From the human T2T-CHM13v2.0 reference genome, Homo sapiens, in NCBI RefSeq assembly GCF_009914755.1, contig NC_060934.1: a DNA stretch of 64,000 nucleotides; one strand, given 5' to 3'. How positions within the stretch are numbered: position 1 is the stretch's first letter; every line of letters begins with the position of its first letter. The translations under genes were made by a program, and so were the position numbers. Below, one piece after another: positions 1 to 15,739 of this stretch. The notes beneath the pieces are model-generated. The model was not told the DNA's origin and ran no database searches. It saw nothing but the letters and a program-made list of their open reading frames with translations.

Positions 1-519
1 AGGCGTGTCCATCAGAAAAAGAGATGAAGGGGGAGAGAAAAAAGAGAAAGCAAGCAAAAAGCAACTTTGGTAATGGCAAGCACTAGGACAGGCGTGACCG
101 GCAATGACCAGTAGCCTCATTATCACATTTTCAGAGACTCTGAAGAATCTGAAGGCGTTGAGCATGGGCTGAAGAGAATGACTGGGGAATGGGTAGGTGT
201 CTTGTCTCTCAATACGACTGTCAGAAGGGATTAGATTTGTTCTTGATGGCCTCCAGCAGCCAAACCAGGAGCAGCGGGTGGATGCTGGAGAAAGCTGCAT
301 CTCTAAACAGGTCTGGATGGCCACGGTCAGCACTGCCAGGTATGAAAAGCCTGAGGGTGAGGGGGTGAGACAGTGAGGGAGGCCCAGCACTCAGTGGCAT
401 GGATGTCATGGGGAAGTCTGTGCATCTGAAGGGAGATGAAACCAGAAAACCCAGTTCAGCCTTAAAATTCTATGATCCTGCTAATAATGAATAACCCATG
501 CTCCACCTCCCATATCTGA

Positions 520-908
<389 letters not shown>

Positions 909-2080
909 TGCATCACATGTTTTTTTAACCCATCTCTCTTTCTATATCATACACATTACATGTTGCTTCAATATCTGTGAAATAAAGTCAAATGCAATTC
1001 GGGCAATCCATTGATATCTTCAAAGAACAAGAACCCAACACAATGCCTATTTTCTAAACTCAACTACCATTTTTTAAATAGTATTTTTTCTTTATGGGGG
1101 CAAGGAAGGCTAGCCACTGACATGTTGGTGGATTGTTTTTGGAAGACGTCTACTCAGGAAAGCAGGCACAAATAAATTTCCCCACTCTCACCTCCAGAAA
1201 TCTCTATGCTCAACCCATCCCAGCTTACGACACTGGCAGCCTGCGCTCCAGATGCCTCTGCTGGAACGCTCCCCTCTTTCTTACTCTTGGCATCAGCAGT
1301 GCCCCTTCTTCCAGTAAACTGCCCCTCCTCTTCAAATCGTCTCTCTCCTCCCCTGTGGCAAGTTTCCACTGTTAATTAAGCTTGGCAGATGCCCTTCCCT
1401 CTCTCCGCCCACCTACCTCCCTGGCTGGGGGAGTCCACAGGCCAAGCGACACGTTCTGTTCCTCTTCCCTGTCCCTGCAGTCCTGACTGGCCTCTGGGGC
1501 CTAACCAGGGCAGCGTGACATCTTTGTGTGCATCTCTGGGCATCACTCCCACCCCCAACCCAGGGAGCTGGCAGGGCTCCTAGGAGCTGGTGGGGGGAGT
1601 GGTTAAAATTGGACAGGACCCAGTTTTTACAATGTTCCCAGAGCCTTGGACGTCATTAAGGGGGAAAAAAGGCCCAAAGACGACATTGTCTCGGTCATGC
1701 TTTGTCTCTGCGGTTATTGTTGTCCTAAAGGCCTGTGTGGTCAGGACAGTCAGGAAAAGGCAAAAGAAGCCACTGTCCCCCAAAGTCACACGGTGTCCTT
1801 TCAAGGCCGGTTGCTTCCATGGGGCGGAGGGGCAGGTGTCGGCGTCATCTACCTCTGGGGTTTCGCCATCAAATTTGGAGTCAAATTTGGTGCTCCTCAT
1901 CTTCTGCCATGGCCCAATCCAGGAGGAGACAATTTCCCCAGGTTCTCCTGAAGGCACCTCCACCCAACCTGCCCTGAAACCTAGGATGGGCTGCTGTGGA
2001 AGGAGAAACAGTGTGGAGGGACATTCTCTACCTCACAGAGTGCCCAGGGCTAAGGGGGACTGTAGGATCAGCCTCCTGAT

Positions 2081-2120
2081 GTGTGTGTGTGTGTGTGTGC
2101 GCACACACACACACACACAC
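2081..2120. repeat. (GT)9GC-GC(AC)9 perfect 40-bp palindrome
   Basis: 2101-2120 is the exact reverse complement of 2081-2100. Confidence 0.95.
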
Positions 2121-3468
2121 GAGAGGAGGGCACCAACCACAAACTTGTGCAAGCTACCAAGTACCATGCAGAGGTGCTGATGAGATCCAGAGAAAGTTGG
2201 ATGATGTGGAAACATTTCCAGAAAAGGGGAGCTTGAGGCCAAGTTTAGACGTGGACATGTGGGCCAGAGCGTGATATAAGGAGATTCTTTACTATCAAAG
2301 GAACTACCTGGGCAACGTAAACTCTTATTCAGCAGATGAGGGTGGGGTTTCAGAATGCATTTCTCACAAGCCCCCAGGGCACATGCTCTACACACTGGCC
2401 CAGAGCTGGAGTCCACAGGTGGGATGCACATGGAAGCTGCAGCCAAAACCCTGGGAGAGGTGGAAGGAAGCCACTGGGAGGAAGCCAGCCTGGTGACCCT
2501 CTGGGACTGGCCCACGGGCACTGTCTGTGTCCTTTCCAAGAGCCCAGCCCCTGATAATTCTGTTTACCCCGTGACTCAGTGCCACTGGGTCACGAAGACC
2601 ACTTCAAAAGAAATTCCAGGAAAAACCACCCGAACAATAATGGAATGCCCCAGCCCTCCCAGGCCCCCTCCCATAGACCATGAGGCCCAAGAGAGATGGA
2701 AGCACGCCCCCAACACACCCCTTCCATTCACCTGGAGCTTGTAAAGGCCCTGGTGACTCACGCTTCCTCTTCGTGAAGCTCACAGTGGCTGAAGGAACTT
2801 GTTCCAGCCTTGAACCAGCACACAGAGTTCTCCCTGTCCTCCAGAAGGGCCCAGGCAGAAAGGCAGAGAGCTGACGGCTCACGGTCACAGGGAGGCCAGC
2901 ACCCCCTACCTCAATCCCCAGGGAAAGGAGAGGGAGACACCAAGCTGCTACTCTCTGGAGCTCTGGGGTCCCTGAAGACAGAGCAGGAAGTGCTGCCTGG
3001 GCCCCAGGAGGACAGTCACTTTCAGGGCACCTGCCACATCCTGCCGCCCTCCTCCAGCTCACACTGAGGAACCACAGCCTGACGAACCACAGCAGAATGA
3101 CCGAAGGTGCCCAATCACTCCCGGACTCACACGTGTCAGCCAGGTTTCCAACACGTGCCCCCCGCCTAGCATGGCACTGGGCCAGGTTCGGGAGAAAGAA
3201 TGGCAAGCCAGGGGCTCAAGAGCCTGGAGGTTACTCATCTGCTGTGAGTAGCCTTCAGAAGAAGGCCCTTCTCTCTGAGCCAAACAATAATGATTGCAGC
3301 ACAGCTGGGGCCAAACTGCTTGGAGTTAACTCCCAGCCCAGCCCCTTATGAGCTGTGTGCTGTTAGGTAAGTCACTCTGCCTCTCTGTGCTTCCACATAC
3401 TTATCAGTAAAATGGGATGATAGAAGTGCTTATCTCTTAGAGCTGTTTGAGGATAAACTGATTTAATG

Positions 3469-3811
3469 CAGGTTGAGTATCCCTAATCCAAAAATCTCCA
3501 AAATCTGAAACTTTTTGAGCACCAACATGACACCACAGCAGAAAATTCCACACCTGACCTCATGTGATGGGCCAGTCAAAATGCAGGCGCAGGATACAGT
3601 TTATTCTGCTTCCTCAAAGGAAAAACAAAATTATCTTCAGGCTATGTGTATATAAGGTGTATATGAAATGAGAATACGTTTCACATCTAGACTTGGGTCC
3701 TATCCCCAAGATATCTCATTATGTATATGCAAATATTCCAGAATCTAGAGAAATCCAAACCCCAAAAACACTTCTGGTTCCAAGGATTTCAGATAAGGGA
3801 TATTCTGCCTG
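3469..3811 (+). mobile_element. Tigger4-family (Zombi/MER46) DNA transposon inserted into a MIR
   Basis: Terminal inverted repeats caggttgagtatccct ... agggatattctgcctg; internal sequence typical of Tigger4b; MIR halves on both sides (~3310-3468, ~3812-3880). Confidence 0.8.
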
Positions 3812-4029
3812 TTTGTGAAAAGTGACTGAAACAGTACCTCGCATAGCCGGTACTCTAAGTGTTAGCTGGTGTTATTATGGTCAGTCCAGACCTGCAGAGG
3901 GCCCTTCCAACTCTGCTGTTCAATTCCTCAATTACCTACATGGAAAGCTGTACTAGAGTGACAAGTCACACAATCTACAAGCAAACTGCTGCACTGTATA
4001 TGGCACTCTCAAGAAAAATAATAGCAGCT

Positions 4030-4270
4030 AATAGGTACTAAGCACTACTAAGTACTGGGACTGTGCTAAGCACTTTGCATGTATTGCCTCCATTAATTTC
4101 CATAACAACCCAAAGGTTGTCATTATTAGTCCCATTTCACAGAGGAAGAAACTAAGAGTTAGAAAAATTAATTTGCTGAAGGTCGTGCTAGGGCTACTAA
4201 GAGCACAAACAGGATACAAACCCAGGCAGTCTACCCCAGCGCCTGTGCTCTCAAATCCTACACACAATAC
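4030..4270 (-). mobile_element. MIR (representative; further MIRs at ~7305-7490, 9810-10025, 16150-16320, 23255-23450, 28450-28620, 29060-29250, 36640-37000, 43470-43600, 60830-61045)
   Basis: MIR core cccatttcacagaggaagaaact, or its complement cctcagtttcctcatctgtaaaatg. Confidence 0.75.
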
Positions 4271-5320
4271 TGCTGCCCGGCTCCACAGGGAAGAGCAGTC
4301 AGAGAGGACTTCATGGAGGCAGGGGCCTGGAGCTGGCCCTGAAAGGTGGTGGCCTTGGATAAGCACATGAGAAGCCCGATCAGCTTGCAGGAGACAACAG
4401 GCGGAACCCATTTCTCTGGAAGGGTAAGAAGTCTCAGAGCAGGGCTGGCTTGGGCCAAGGCCCCCCAGCCTCTATTCCCTGGGAATGGGCTCACCTCCTC
4501 CCTGCCCACCTCCCCACACCGAGACAACACTCAATAGGCATTCTGAGCTGAGCCACTTCCACCCAAGTGGGAAGAAAGAGGAGCTGTGGCTTCATGGCCC
4601 CCATTCCATACCCATGCCTGTGCTGCCTGCAGAGGGGAGTCGCAGTGTGTGGGCAAGCCTGCACTCAAGAGCCACTCAATTCTGTGAACTGCAGAGATGA
4701 GGAAGGAGGTGACCGTGAAAGTTGCGGAGTGCTATCACCTTTGGCAGAGCCCACCTTCTCTGTTTTAAAGACCTCCTGGGATGCTGGGGGGACAGAGGGC
4801 TCATATCCTACTATTAGGCTACTAGGAAGCCTGCTTGCAGAACCATGCTCAGTTCTCAGGAGGGAAGAAAGGTGGCAGGGAAAAAAAAAAGAAAAGAAAA
4901 AACTACACTCAGGGCAGCCCTAGCCCCTCCCTAGGGGCTCGGCCTCCTACCCTTTAAAAGCACGGCCCAAGGCTACAGACACTGAAACCCAAACTGGGAA
5001 GCGGACAAGGCCCAGTATTTCAGGGAGGTATAGGTTGACCATGGCCCTGGAATGGAGCAACCACAGACACTGGCATGTCATCAAGGAAGTCCTGCTGATG
5101 CGCCTTATATGCCACCCGAGGGTGGGAAAATCCTACTCTTGGTTTGTAAGTTAAGATTTAATATTTGTTTTCCTCAACTGAGATAATGCTATAGTATTTT
5201 CCACCAAGTTTTGGAACAAGCAGCATCACTGCGCTAAAAAAAAAAAAAATCATAATGATGTGGATTCCCCCTATTTCTGGTCGTTATAAGAACTGCTCAC
5301 CTATCTTTAAAAGGTAAAGG

Positions 5321-5726
<406 letters not shown>

Positions 5727-5941
5727 AATCCCATCTTTTTTTTCTAAGAGGAAGGAAGGAAGGAAGGAAGGAAGGGAGGGAGGGAGGGAGGGAGGGAAGG
5801 AAGGGAAGGAAGGAAGGAAAAAAAAAAGTAAAGGGGAAGGGGCATTGCCCAGATAATTGGAGATTTAACCTCAGGTATGCAGTGAGATCTGTGTGGGGTG
5901 GCAGGAAGGAAGATGATGGCTGCCGAGCTCTCTGTCCATTC

Positions 5942-6095
5942 TTTTTTTTTTTTTTAAACTTTATATTTTAAAATAAATAGAGACAGGGTCTCTCTTTGTT
6001 GCCCAGGCTGGTCTCAAACTTCTAGGCTCAAGCAATCTGCTCGCCTCAGCCTCCCAAAGTGCTGGGATTACAGGTGTGCGCCACCACACCTGGCT
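5942..6095 (-). mobile_element. Alu monomer (FLAM-like)
   Basis: Left-arm consensus; TSD tgtccattc. Confidence 0.8.
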
Positions 6096-8009
6096 TTTGT
6101 GTCCATTCCTTAACACATTCCCTAACCCCTTCCCACTGGACTTTTGAGGCCATTTATAAAATAATGAACTAAATTGCCTGAACCTGAGAAAACTCTCGTA
6201 TCAATTTTGCCATCTGTGACTCCCCTCCCTTCCCCACCCAAAATGCCCCAAGGCAAAAATATGTAAAGAGAGGGAAAACAAAACATGTGCACCCCAGAAT
6301 TAAATCATTCAGTACCATGCAAGACCCTTCACTCGCTAACTACAGGACTGGTTTTGGTCTTTTTCTTTACTTTTTTTTTTTTCCTCTTTTAAGTGGCAAG
6401 TGACAGGGACTAAAAAAAAATAAAATAAAACTAGCACATAAAGGAAAGATGGAAGTTTGTTGAATTTCGAGGGATGAAAAGAGTCCACAGTTGGATAGCC
6501 TGCTTGTCTTCATCAGCGAAGCAAAGGCTCCTGGAGGCTTTGGGATGAGCACAAAGCCTGTGTCTGATGAAAGCCACCCTCTTTGTTCTGCCTCCCTTCA
6601 GAGCTGCCGGGCTGCAGGTTGGGGATGGGAGCAGGGAGGGAGGGAAGGCAGTGGGAGGACCTAAGACCATCAAACCTGACACCAGGTGGGACCACCTCTC
6701 GGTTCCTGCTTTCCATCACCAAAACCAAGCCCTGCTCCCTGCTGTCACTTCTGGCCAGACTAAGACAGTTCTGCACCTAAAAGGCACAGGAGGAGGCCCA
6801 AAGAGGGTCTGATTAAGGAGGAGGATGGGGCCATCGTGCTATGCCCTGGAAGGTGGGGGTGGAGGGGGGACAACGAACATAGCCAAGCCTGACAGCACCC
6901 ACAAGGCGAGGTGTGAAGGAGTGGAGCAGCGCCTCTGCCCCGCCACCCTGACAGCACATGTCACACCAAACCCAGACAGGAAATCTGAGCAGCAGGGGCA
7001 CCCAAGAGGCAGCCAAGCTTCCATTATGCTCCAGCCGGACATCCCCCGGGGGCCATGTCTGCCCTAGAATAAACTTCTGATAAGCCCCAGAAGTCACAAC
7101 AGGCAGGAAGCAGCTCTCTGAAAGGCACCGGGCACCCCCGGCTCCCTCCTGCTCTGGCCCGGTGCTCAATTTCCACTAGTCAGTAAATGGAGAAGAGGCT
7201 GCCTCCCTCCCACACAGGATGGAGCGCATACCTTGCAGAGTACACTGCCCTCCACCCTCCCAGGGCAACTGTAGCAAGGCAGGCTCTGCGTCAGACCGGC
7301 CGGCTCAGGCCTGCCACTCACCAGCTGTGTGACCTCAAATAAGTTGCTTCTACTTTCTGTGCATTTCCTCATTTATAAAATAGGAAGAATAGTAGGTGAT
7401 GAGAACAGAATGAGCAACGAGAGGGAAAGCCCTTAGAACAGAGCCAGGCGCACAGCAAGCGATCCACAAACACCAGCTCTCGTTACTGTTACCGTCTCAC
7501 AGGCTCCTAAGGAAGGCAGGGCATGGGGTGGCCTCTGCAGTGTACACAGACAGCAGATGCTATGGAAGGGACCTGGAGGACAGTCACGCAGCCTTCCCTT
7601 GACTTCTGGAGTGTTTTGCTGGTTAGAAGCTCTGCATTGAGTACTCTGTATACTTCCCATCACCATCTCCCTCAGGAGCTAATGCTTCCCCCTCAACCCA
7701 GCCATGAGTGTCGCCTCTCAATACCTGAATACAGCTCTATCTATGCCTGTGGATAAGGAGGCTTCCTCTCCCCTCCCACCATTCCACGTGGCCATGGCAA
7801 TTCCAAGCCATCCCCAGCATCCCTTATGATTTCTGGTTCTCTGGTTCACAAAGAAAAAACCAGAGCGCTCACAGTGTGCCTGGAATCATACCAGGCTTGC
7901 ACCTCCACTCATCCAGTCCTGGCTCCCACCACCTACATACAGACATCAGTCAGTGCCCTGTAAAAGATGCTACGCATTGGTGGGCATGTCTGTCCCCGGA
8001 AACACAAGG

Positions 8010-9240
8010 CCCACTCATTCGCCAAACGCTGGGTTAATGCTGGGTGAAGTACTGGGATGCAGCAGGAAGCAAGATGGACAAATCCCTGCCCTCATGGAGC
8101 TCACATGAACAGGGTGACAGGGGCGGGGGAGAAATAAACAAACATAAACTGTATTGGGTAGTAAGTGCTATGAAGAAAAATGTTGCAGAGTTAAATGGTA
8201 GGTGGTGGGGGTGGAGAGGAGATGTGGCTATTGTACAGCGGTGGCAGGGGTCTCTCTGGGCAGGTCATCTTTCCCCAGAGACCTAGAGGAAGCGTGGAGT
8301 GCCAGAGGAGGGAATAGCAAGTGCAAAGGCCCTGGGGCCACCCCATGCGGGGAGACCTGTCTGCTGTGGGTGGAGGGACCTGGAGGAGGATGCAGATGAG
8401 GTCACAGGGGCAATAGGACAGCTCCAGGCAGAACCTTATGGGCCACACAGAGGATGCAGGGCTTTATTCAGAGTGAGACGGGAAACCTCTGGAAGGTTCT
8501 GAGTAGAGGAAAGCCATGATCTGACTTACATCTACTTAGGCTCATTAGATGATTTGTTGAATGTTGTCCACAAGCAGGGAAGCATAGAAACAAGTCAGAC
8601 AGCAAACTCGCAAGTCCAGGGGAGCAATGCTGGGGGTCTGGACCAGAGTGACAAGAATGGTGTTGGTGAGAAGTAGCTGGATTTGAGGGATATTTTGGAG
8701 CTTTTCTTTCTTTCCTATTCCACATTTGGCTTGGAGCAGAGCTGAAAGGATCTGCTCATAGGCCCAATGTGGAATAGGAAAGAAAGAAAAGTCAAGGATG
8801 ACTCCAGGGTTCTTGGCCTGGAAACTGGAAGGATGATGTTGGTCCTTGCTGAAAGGGGGAAGCCTGCAGGAAAAACAGATGGGGGAGGGAGTTGGGGAAT
8901 CATGAGTTCCCGCGGGGCCTGGTCATGCGTGAGGTGCCTACAGACACACAAGGGAGGTGTCAGGCAGGCAGATGGATGTACAGGCCTCAAGTTCACTGAC
9001 AAGGTCATGGCTAGAGATGTAATCTGAGAATTGTCAGCATATGCTTAGTATTTAAAGTGATGAGCCTTGATAAAATCACCCAAGGAAGGAGTACAGACAG
9101 CAAGGGCAGTGGAGAGGTCCAAGGAATGAACCTGAGCATGCAGGGGCTAAGGGAAGAGAAGAGAAATCAACCAAGAAGACAGAGGAGAAGTGGGTAGTGA
9201 GATGGGAGAGTCGACCACACAAGTAAAGAAACTGAACACA
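8010..9240 (-). mobile_element. L2 (L2a-like) fragment
   Basis: gacaaatccctgccctcatggagctcaca...agcaagtgcaaaggccctg...gtcaaggatgactccagggttcttggcctgg. Confidence 0.8.
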
Positions 9241-9593
<353 letters not shown>

Positions 9594-9927
9594 TCAGATA
9601 TGCCCATGTTGCTTAATGGTGAAGGTAAGACAGACACACAATCCTCCCGACTCCTGATCAAGCTGAATCTGCACTCCACCTACCCCCTGAACTTCCCCAG
9701 TTATCAAGGAGGCTGATGGAAATGAGGCAGAGCATTAGGGAGACCCTTCAGTGTATACTAGGCATCCTACATGGCACAGCTCATGTTTTTGTTGTTACAC
9801 TCTACTCATATCAGGTAACATTTATTGAGTACTTGTTGCAAGAAAGGCACTATTTGTATGGATTATTTCATTTAATTCTCCCAACAATCCTACAAGGTGG
9901 GCCACTATCAACTCACCTTCTAGATGA

Positions 9928-10274
<347 letters not shown>

Positions 10275-11423
10275 CAGACCTCCTCCTTTCTGACAAGATC
10301 AGAAAAAGTGATACTCACTAGTTCCTTCTCCCACTGGATAGAAAAAGATGCAAGCAGGCATCCCTCGCCCAGTGTCAACACTCAGGGAACAGGAGATACC
10401 TAGTAATCACTACTGGCAGGTCAGTAGCTCTTCTCCAAGCAGGCATGCTATCTCGTGGCCAGCATGCAGCACTGTGGCCAAGGCCATCTTTCCAACAGAA
10501 GGAAAAAAGGGAAGCATGAGAAAGAAGGGTTCCAGTCACCTCTGTCACAGCTCAGCTGCCAGCCTTGTCCTCTAGTCCTGGCTTCAACCTCTCTGGCCTT
10601 GTCACTCCTCTGGCCGTGGATTTCTCTGGTCCCCCTCAGAAGAGACTAGTACTGTCTCTGGAACAAGCTAGATAAATATCTCCATCCTGGGTCTTTAGAA
10701 GGCAGCAAGAAATGGAGTGGGCCAATGGAGTTTCAGGAAGCTGTTTATGATTCTGATGCTTAGACCAAATGCAAAAGAACTGTAAAGGTGTCCCTCCCCC
10801 ACTGTCCCTTCGTGCCACACCATCCCATAATGGCATGTTCCATTAATCTCAGCTCAAGGTAAGCTGAGTCATCAGCCAGAGAAAATGATGGCTCTGGGAA
10901 CTGCCCAAGTCACATGGCATGAGCTGGGCATTAGGCAAGGACATGGCATCCCAGGCTTCACAGGTCGGGGACATTCTGTCCACAAAGGCCAAAGAGGGCA
11001 ACTACAAAGGAAAAGTCTTATCTAAGACATCAGCAAACGGGTGCTGTTTCTGCCCCCTCTTTCTTCAATGTCATCTACACTGCCCTCCTCATCTACTTCG
11101 TGGGCTGCATTGAGAATCACTGACCACCAAGGCAACTCAGCCTGGGTCTGTAGTAGCAGCAACTAGGGCTCCTGAGGTCATGGAGAACCCCTTGCCCACC
11201 ACAATATTCCTGCTGAGTTTGAACTCGTCAGGACCCCTGCCATAGGGCGGGAGGCACAAAGTGACCCCATACTGTGGAAAGGGCCCAGGATCAGGAGCTG
11301 GATGGACATGGGCTCCCTCTGCTTTGGCCACCTCCTAATCAGTGACCAGGAGCAAATACTTTTTCTGAGCCTCGGTGTCATTTGCACACTGAGGCTAAAA
11401 GTCTTTATACAGTCAGTATTTCA

Positions 11424-12017
<594 letters not shown>

Positions 12018-12631
12018 TCACCTCCATTTCTCTCCATTAGAGGTGTCCAAAATCTCTGGGCCCTCAGGGTGGACCACACCTCACCTAGTTTCACGCAATT
12101 CTACGCTGACTTTCATTACTATGGGTGAAAGCTCCAGCTTCTGGGCCTTGGAGTTCAAGAATGCCCAGGGTTTTTGAACACAGGAATAAGCAAGCAGGTA
12201 TGAGCTTCAGGAACCTGTCTCCAGCAACTGTGAACTGGAAGGATGGAAGCAGGGAGAGCCTGGAAGCTGAGAGAACAGTTAGGATGTTCCCACAAGAGCT
12301 GCCCTTAACTACTGGTCATGGGGTACGGGTAGGGAGAGGGCCCAAGACCACAGGTAGGGAAGAATGGAGGATGGTGCTGAGGTTTGTGGTTGGGGCATCC
12401 CAGAAGGTGACACAGTTAACAGAGGCAGAGGATTGAAGGAGGAGGAATGAGATCGTTGAAATCCATCAGGTAGAATGCACTAAAGAAAATCCCTGTGAAG
12501 ACAGCCTGCTGACACTCAGAAACTGGAATGTGGCACCACAGAGAAAGTTTCAGGCTAACACAGTCCACTCCAGAGTCACACCATTGAGCCTGCAGGATGT
12601 GAGTGACAAGCCCAGAGTCACTAATTGGTAA

Positions 12632-13086
<455 letters not shown>

Positions 13087-15455
13087 TAAGTGTATATAAA
13101 GTTCAGAATCTGGGGAAATACTTCCTGTGAAGACAGGAGGAAAAAATGAGTTTCTGGAAAAGACATAGAAAGATCACTTGGAGCAGGGGTAGGAGGAGCA
13201 AGAGAATGATGCATCCTAGAAGGCAATGGGGTGGAGGGAGCCTGGAGGGGTTGGTCTGCCACACCAAATGCTAGGGAGGACTCGGAAGCAAAGAAACTTC
13301 TGATCTGGTCATTTGGAGGTCAAAGATGCTATGCATGGAGTCAATTAAGCAGGCAATTGATTGGCCCTGTTTCTCCATCTGAGAATTGAAGGGCTTGGAT
13401 AAGACCAGAAAAGGCACAAGGTGCATCTTGAAAGAGCAGCCATGCATCACACCGCCTGCCTGAGTACTGTGCCTAAAGCCATACCTCAGCTCACTGGGAA
13501 AGGACCCCACAGTGGATCAGCAACGTCTGCCTTGGGCAAGTCGGGCAAGAGTATCTCATCCCCGGAGCACATTGTTTCTACAGACCTGTCCACCTCCAGA
13601 GACATGGTTCATGGTGGTCGGCACTTAGCAGGCTTCCCGTAATTAATTACTGATTGGAATTAAACTCTGCAATCTAATCTGTGTCTCTGACATCCTTTAA
13701 ATGACTGTGACTCAAGGAGCGCTCAGGGAAAAATAAAAGGACAATTATCTTTTTTCCATCGACTTCTTTTGAGGCCCCGAGAAACAGAAAGTCTGAGAGT
13801 TTGGCTATCAGAGGCGCTCTGGGCAGCCCTGCCCAAAGCAGATGATCCTCCAATCCAAGACGGGCCCTCAGATGTTCCAAACATGCTTCCTCTCCGATAA
13901 AGTAACACCGTCCAGGAGGGTTCACCCTCATTTTCACAGTACTCGGTGTGCATTTTGGAAATGGCGGACTTCAGAAGTCCATTCCTGAAACTGCTGGGAC
14001 TCTTTCCAATGTTTTACAGAAAGGACGCTGCACACACTTACCTGCAGACATCCACTGAGGTATCCAACGCTCACCTTTGTCACACCCAGAGCAGGAGTGA
14101 GCTTTTAAATGAGACTTTGGGTACTATACACTCAGGCTGTCACCTCCTATCCCCCCACAAATAAAGATAAAACAGCACAAGCATTCTTCGCCCTAAAACC
14201 CTATAGCAAGCTTTCATCATGACCCATTCCACACCTGTCATCTCAGTACATTCAAGTGCTCACATGGGCCCTCAGCTAGAGCATGAGCCCATTCTTAGAT
14301 GCCTACGCTCAGAAAACAGGCCCATGCTACTCTTTGTTTAAATGCAGAAAGAGGAGCTCCCCCTAAAACACTCCAAGCAAAATATGGACACACAATGCCT
14401 TCAAATTGCCCCAAGTCAACCACAGAAAATGGAAGAGGAGATCACAGAAGGATTTCAAATGCATAAAGGGATGTAGATTATCTTTCACACGTGGGCAATG
14501 CTCAGAAAAGTTGATCTTGAGTAACGAGGGAAAATATTTCATTCACTATCTTGTGCAAAGAGAAAAAAACCAAAATCCACATCCACGACCCTGGAGTACA
14601 GCAAATGGAATCAAAGTGTGCCAGCCCCCAAAGATTCCAGCCTCCTGCAGCTCCTGACCCTCTGGCCATTTGCAGGGAGCTCTGCAGGCAGTCTCATCTC
14701 AATGGACTGGGACCCTCCAGCCTGCACCACTATGGCTGCTCTACTCTCCCTGCCCCCTGAGCAAGGCAAATGCTTAGTGAAAGTGTGAAGAGTAAGAGTT
14801 GAATCTGCATTTTCTAGTCAGACTTCAGCCCTCTCATAGTTTAAGGGGCATCCCCTCTACCGTCCAGCCCTGACATCCTACAGGTGTTCAGAGGGGGCGT
14901 GACTGAGCCAGGTCACACAGCAAGCTGGTGCCAGTGCCAGGAGTGAAACAAGCCCACAACTCTGATGAGCAGGATGAGAGGAGGAAGGGGATGAAGGAAG
15001 TGCCCTCCAGCGAAGGCAAGAGTGCAGGAATCCCTAGGTAGAGAAAGGTCCCCCCAGATAAGCACCTGGACACCCTGTGCAGGCTGTGAGAGCCAACAGA
15101 GAGGGGCAGTCGGTCAACAGAGCTTCTGGCCAATGGCTCCCAGCCTGGCTGTTCATCAGAATCATCCAAGCTGCTCTTTAAAAATGCTGGAAAAAAATAA
15201 AAATAAAAACCAAAAATGTCTCAGGACCCCTTCCTATCCCCAGGAATCAGCACCTCCAGCATTCCAGGCTTTTAAGATGCTGCTCAGAGTCTCTGGTGAG
15301 TGGCTCAGTTGGGGAATACCACCAGGGTCTGCACACGCACCCTGGGCTTCCTGCCCTCTGAGCTTCCTGAACACTGCCACTGACCCTCAGCCAGAAATGC
15401 TTGCCCCCTTAGGGTACCGTTGTCACTAGAGAACCGTGTGAGAGTAGTAATGTTG

Positions 15456-15726
15456 CTTTTTTTTTTTTTTGGAGACAGAGTCTCGCTCTGTCACCCAGGC
15501 TAGATCTCAGCTCACTGCAACCTCCACCTCCCAGGTTCGCCTCAACCTCCCGAGTAGCTGGGATTACAGGCACACACCACCAGGCCTGGCTAATTTTTTG
15601 TATTTTTAGTAGAGATGGGGTGTCACTATGTTGGTCAGTCTGGTCTTGAACTCCTGACCTCAAGTGATCTGCCTGCTTTGGCCTCCCAAAGTGCTGGGAT
15701 TATAGGCGTGAGCCAACGCGCCCTGC
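15456..15726 (-). mobile_element. AluS with two internal deletions
   Basis: TSD agtaatg(t/c)tgct. Confidence 0.88.
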
Positions 15727-15739
15727 CAGTAATGCTGCT

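Noticed and set aside
221-450. Strong acceptor-like gttttctggtttcatctcccttcAG (428-426, minus strand) and a 62-aa ORF, considered as DLG5 exon 2
   Set aside because: It does not encode DLG5 sequence, splicing from exon 1 would hit TGA after six codons, and no good donor is visible in the window.
1580-3206. 196-aa and 200-aa ORFs near the window start
   Set aside because: No recognisable homology, non-ATG starts in the track, and one runs through a microsatellite.
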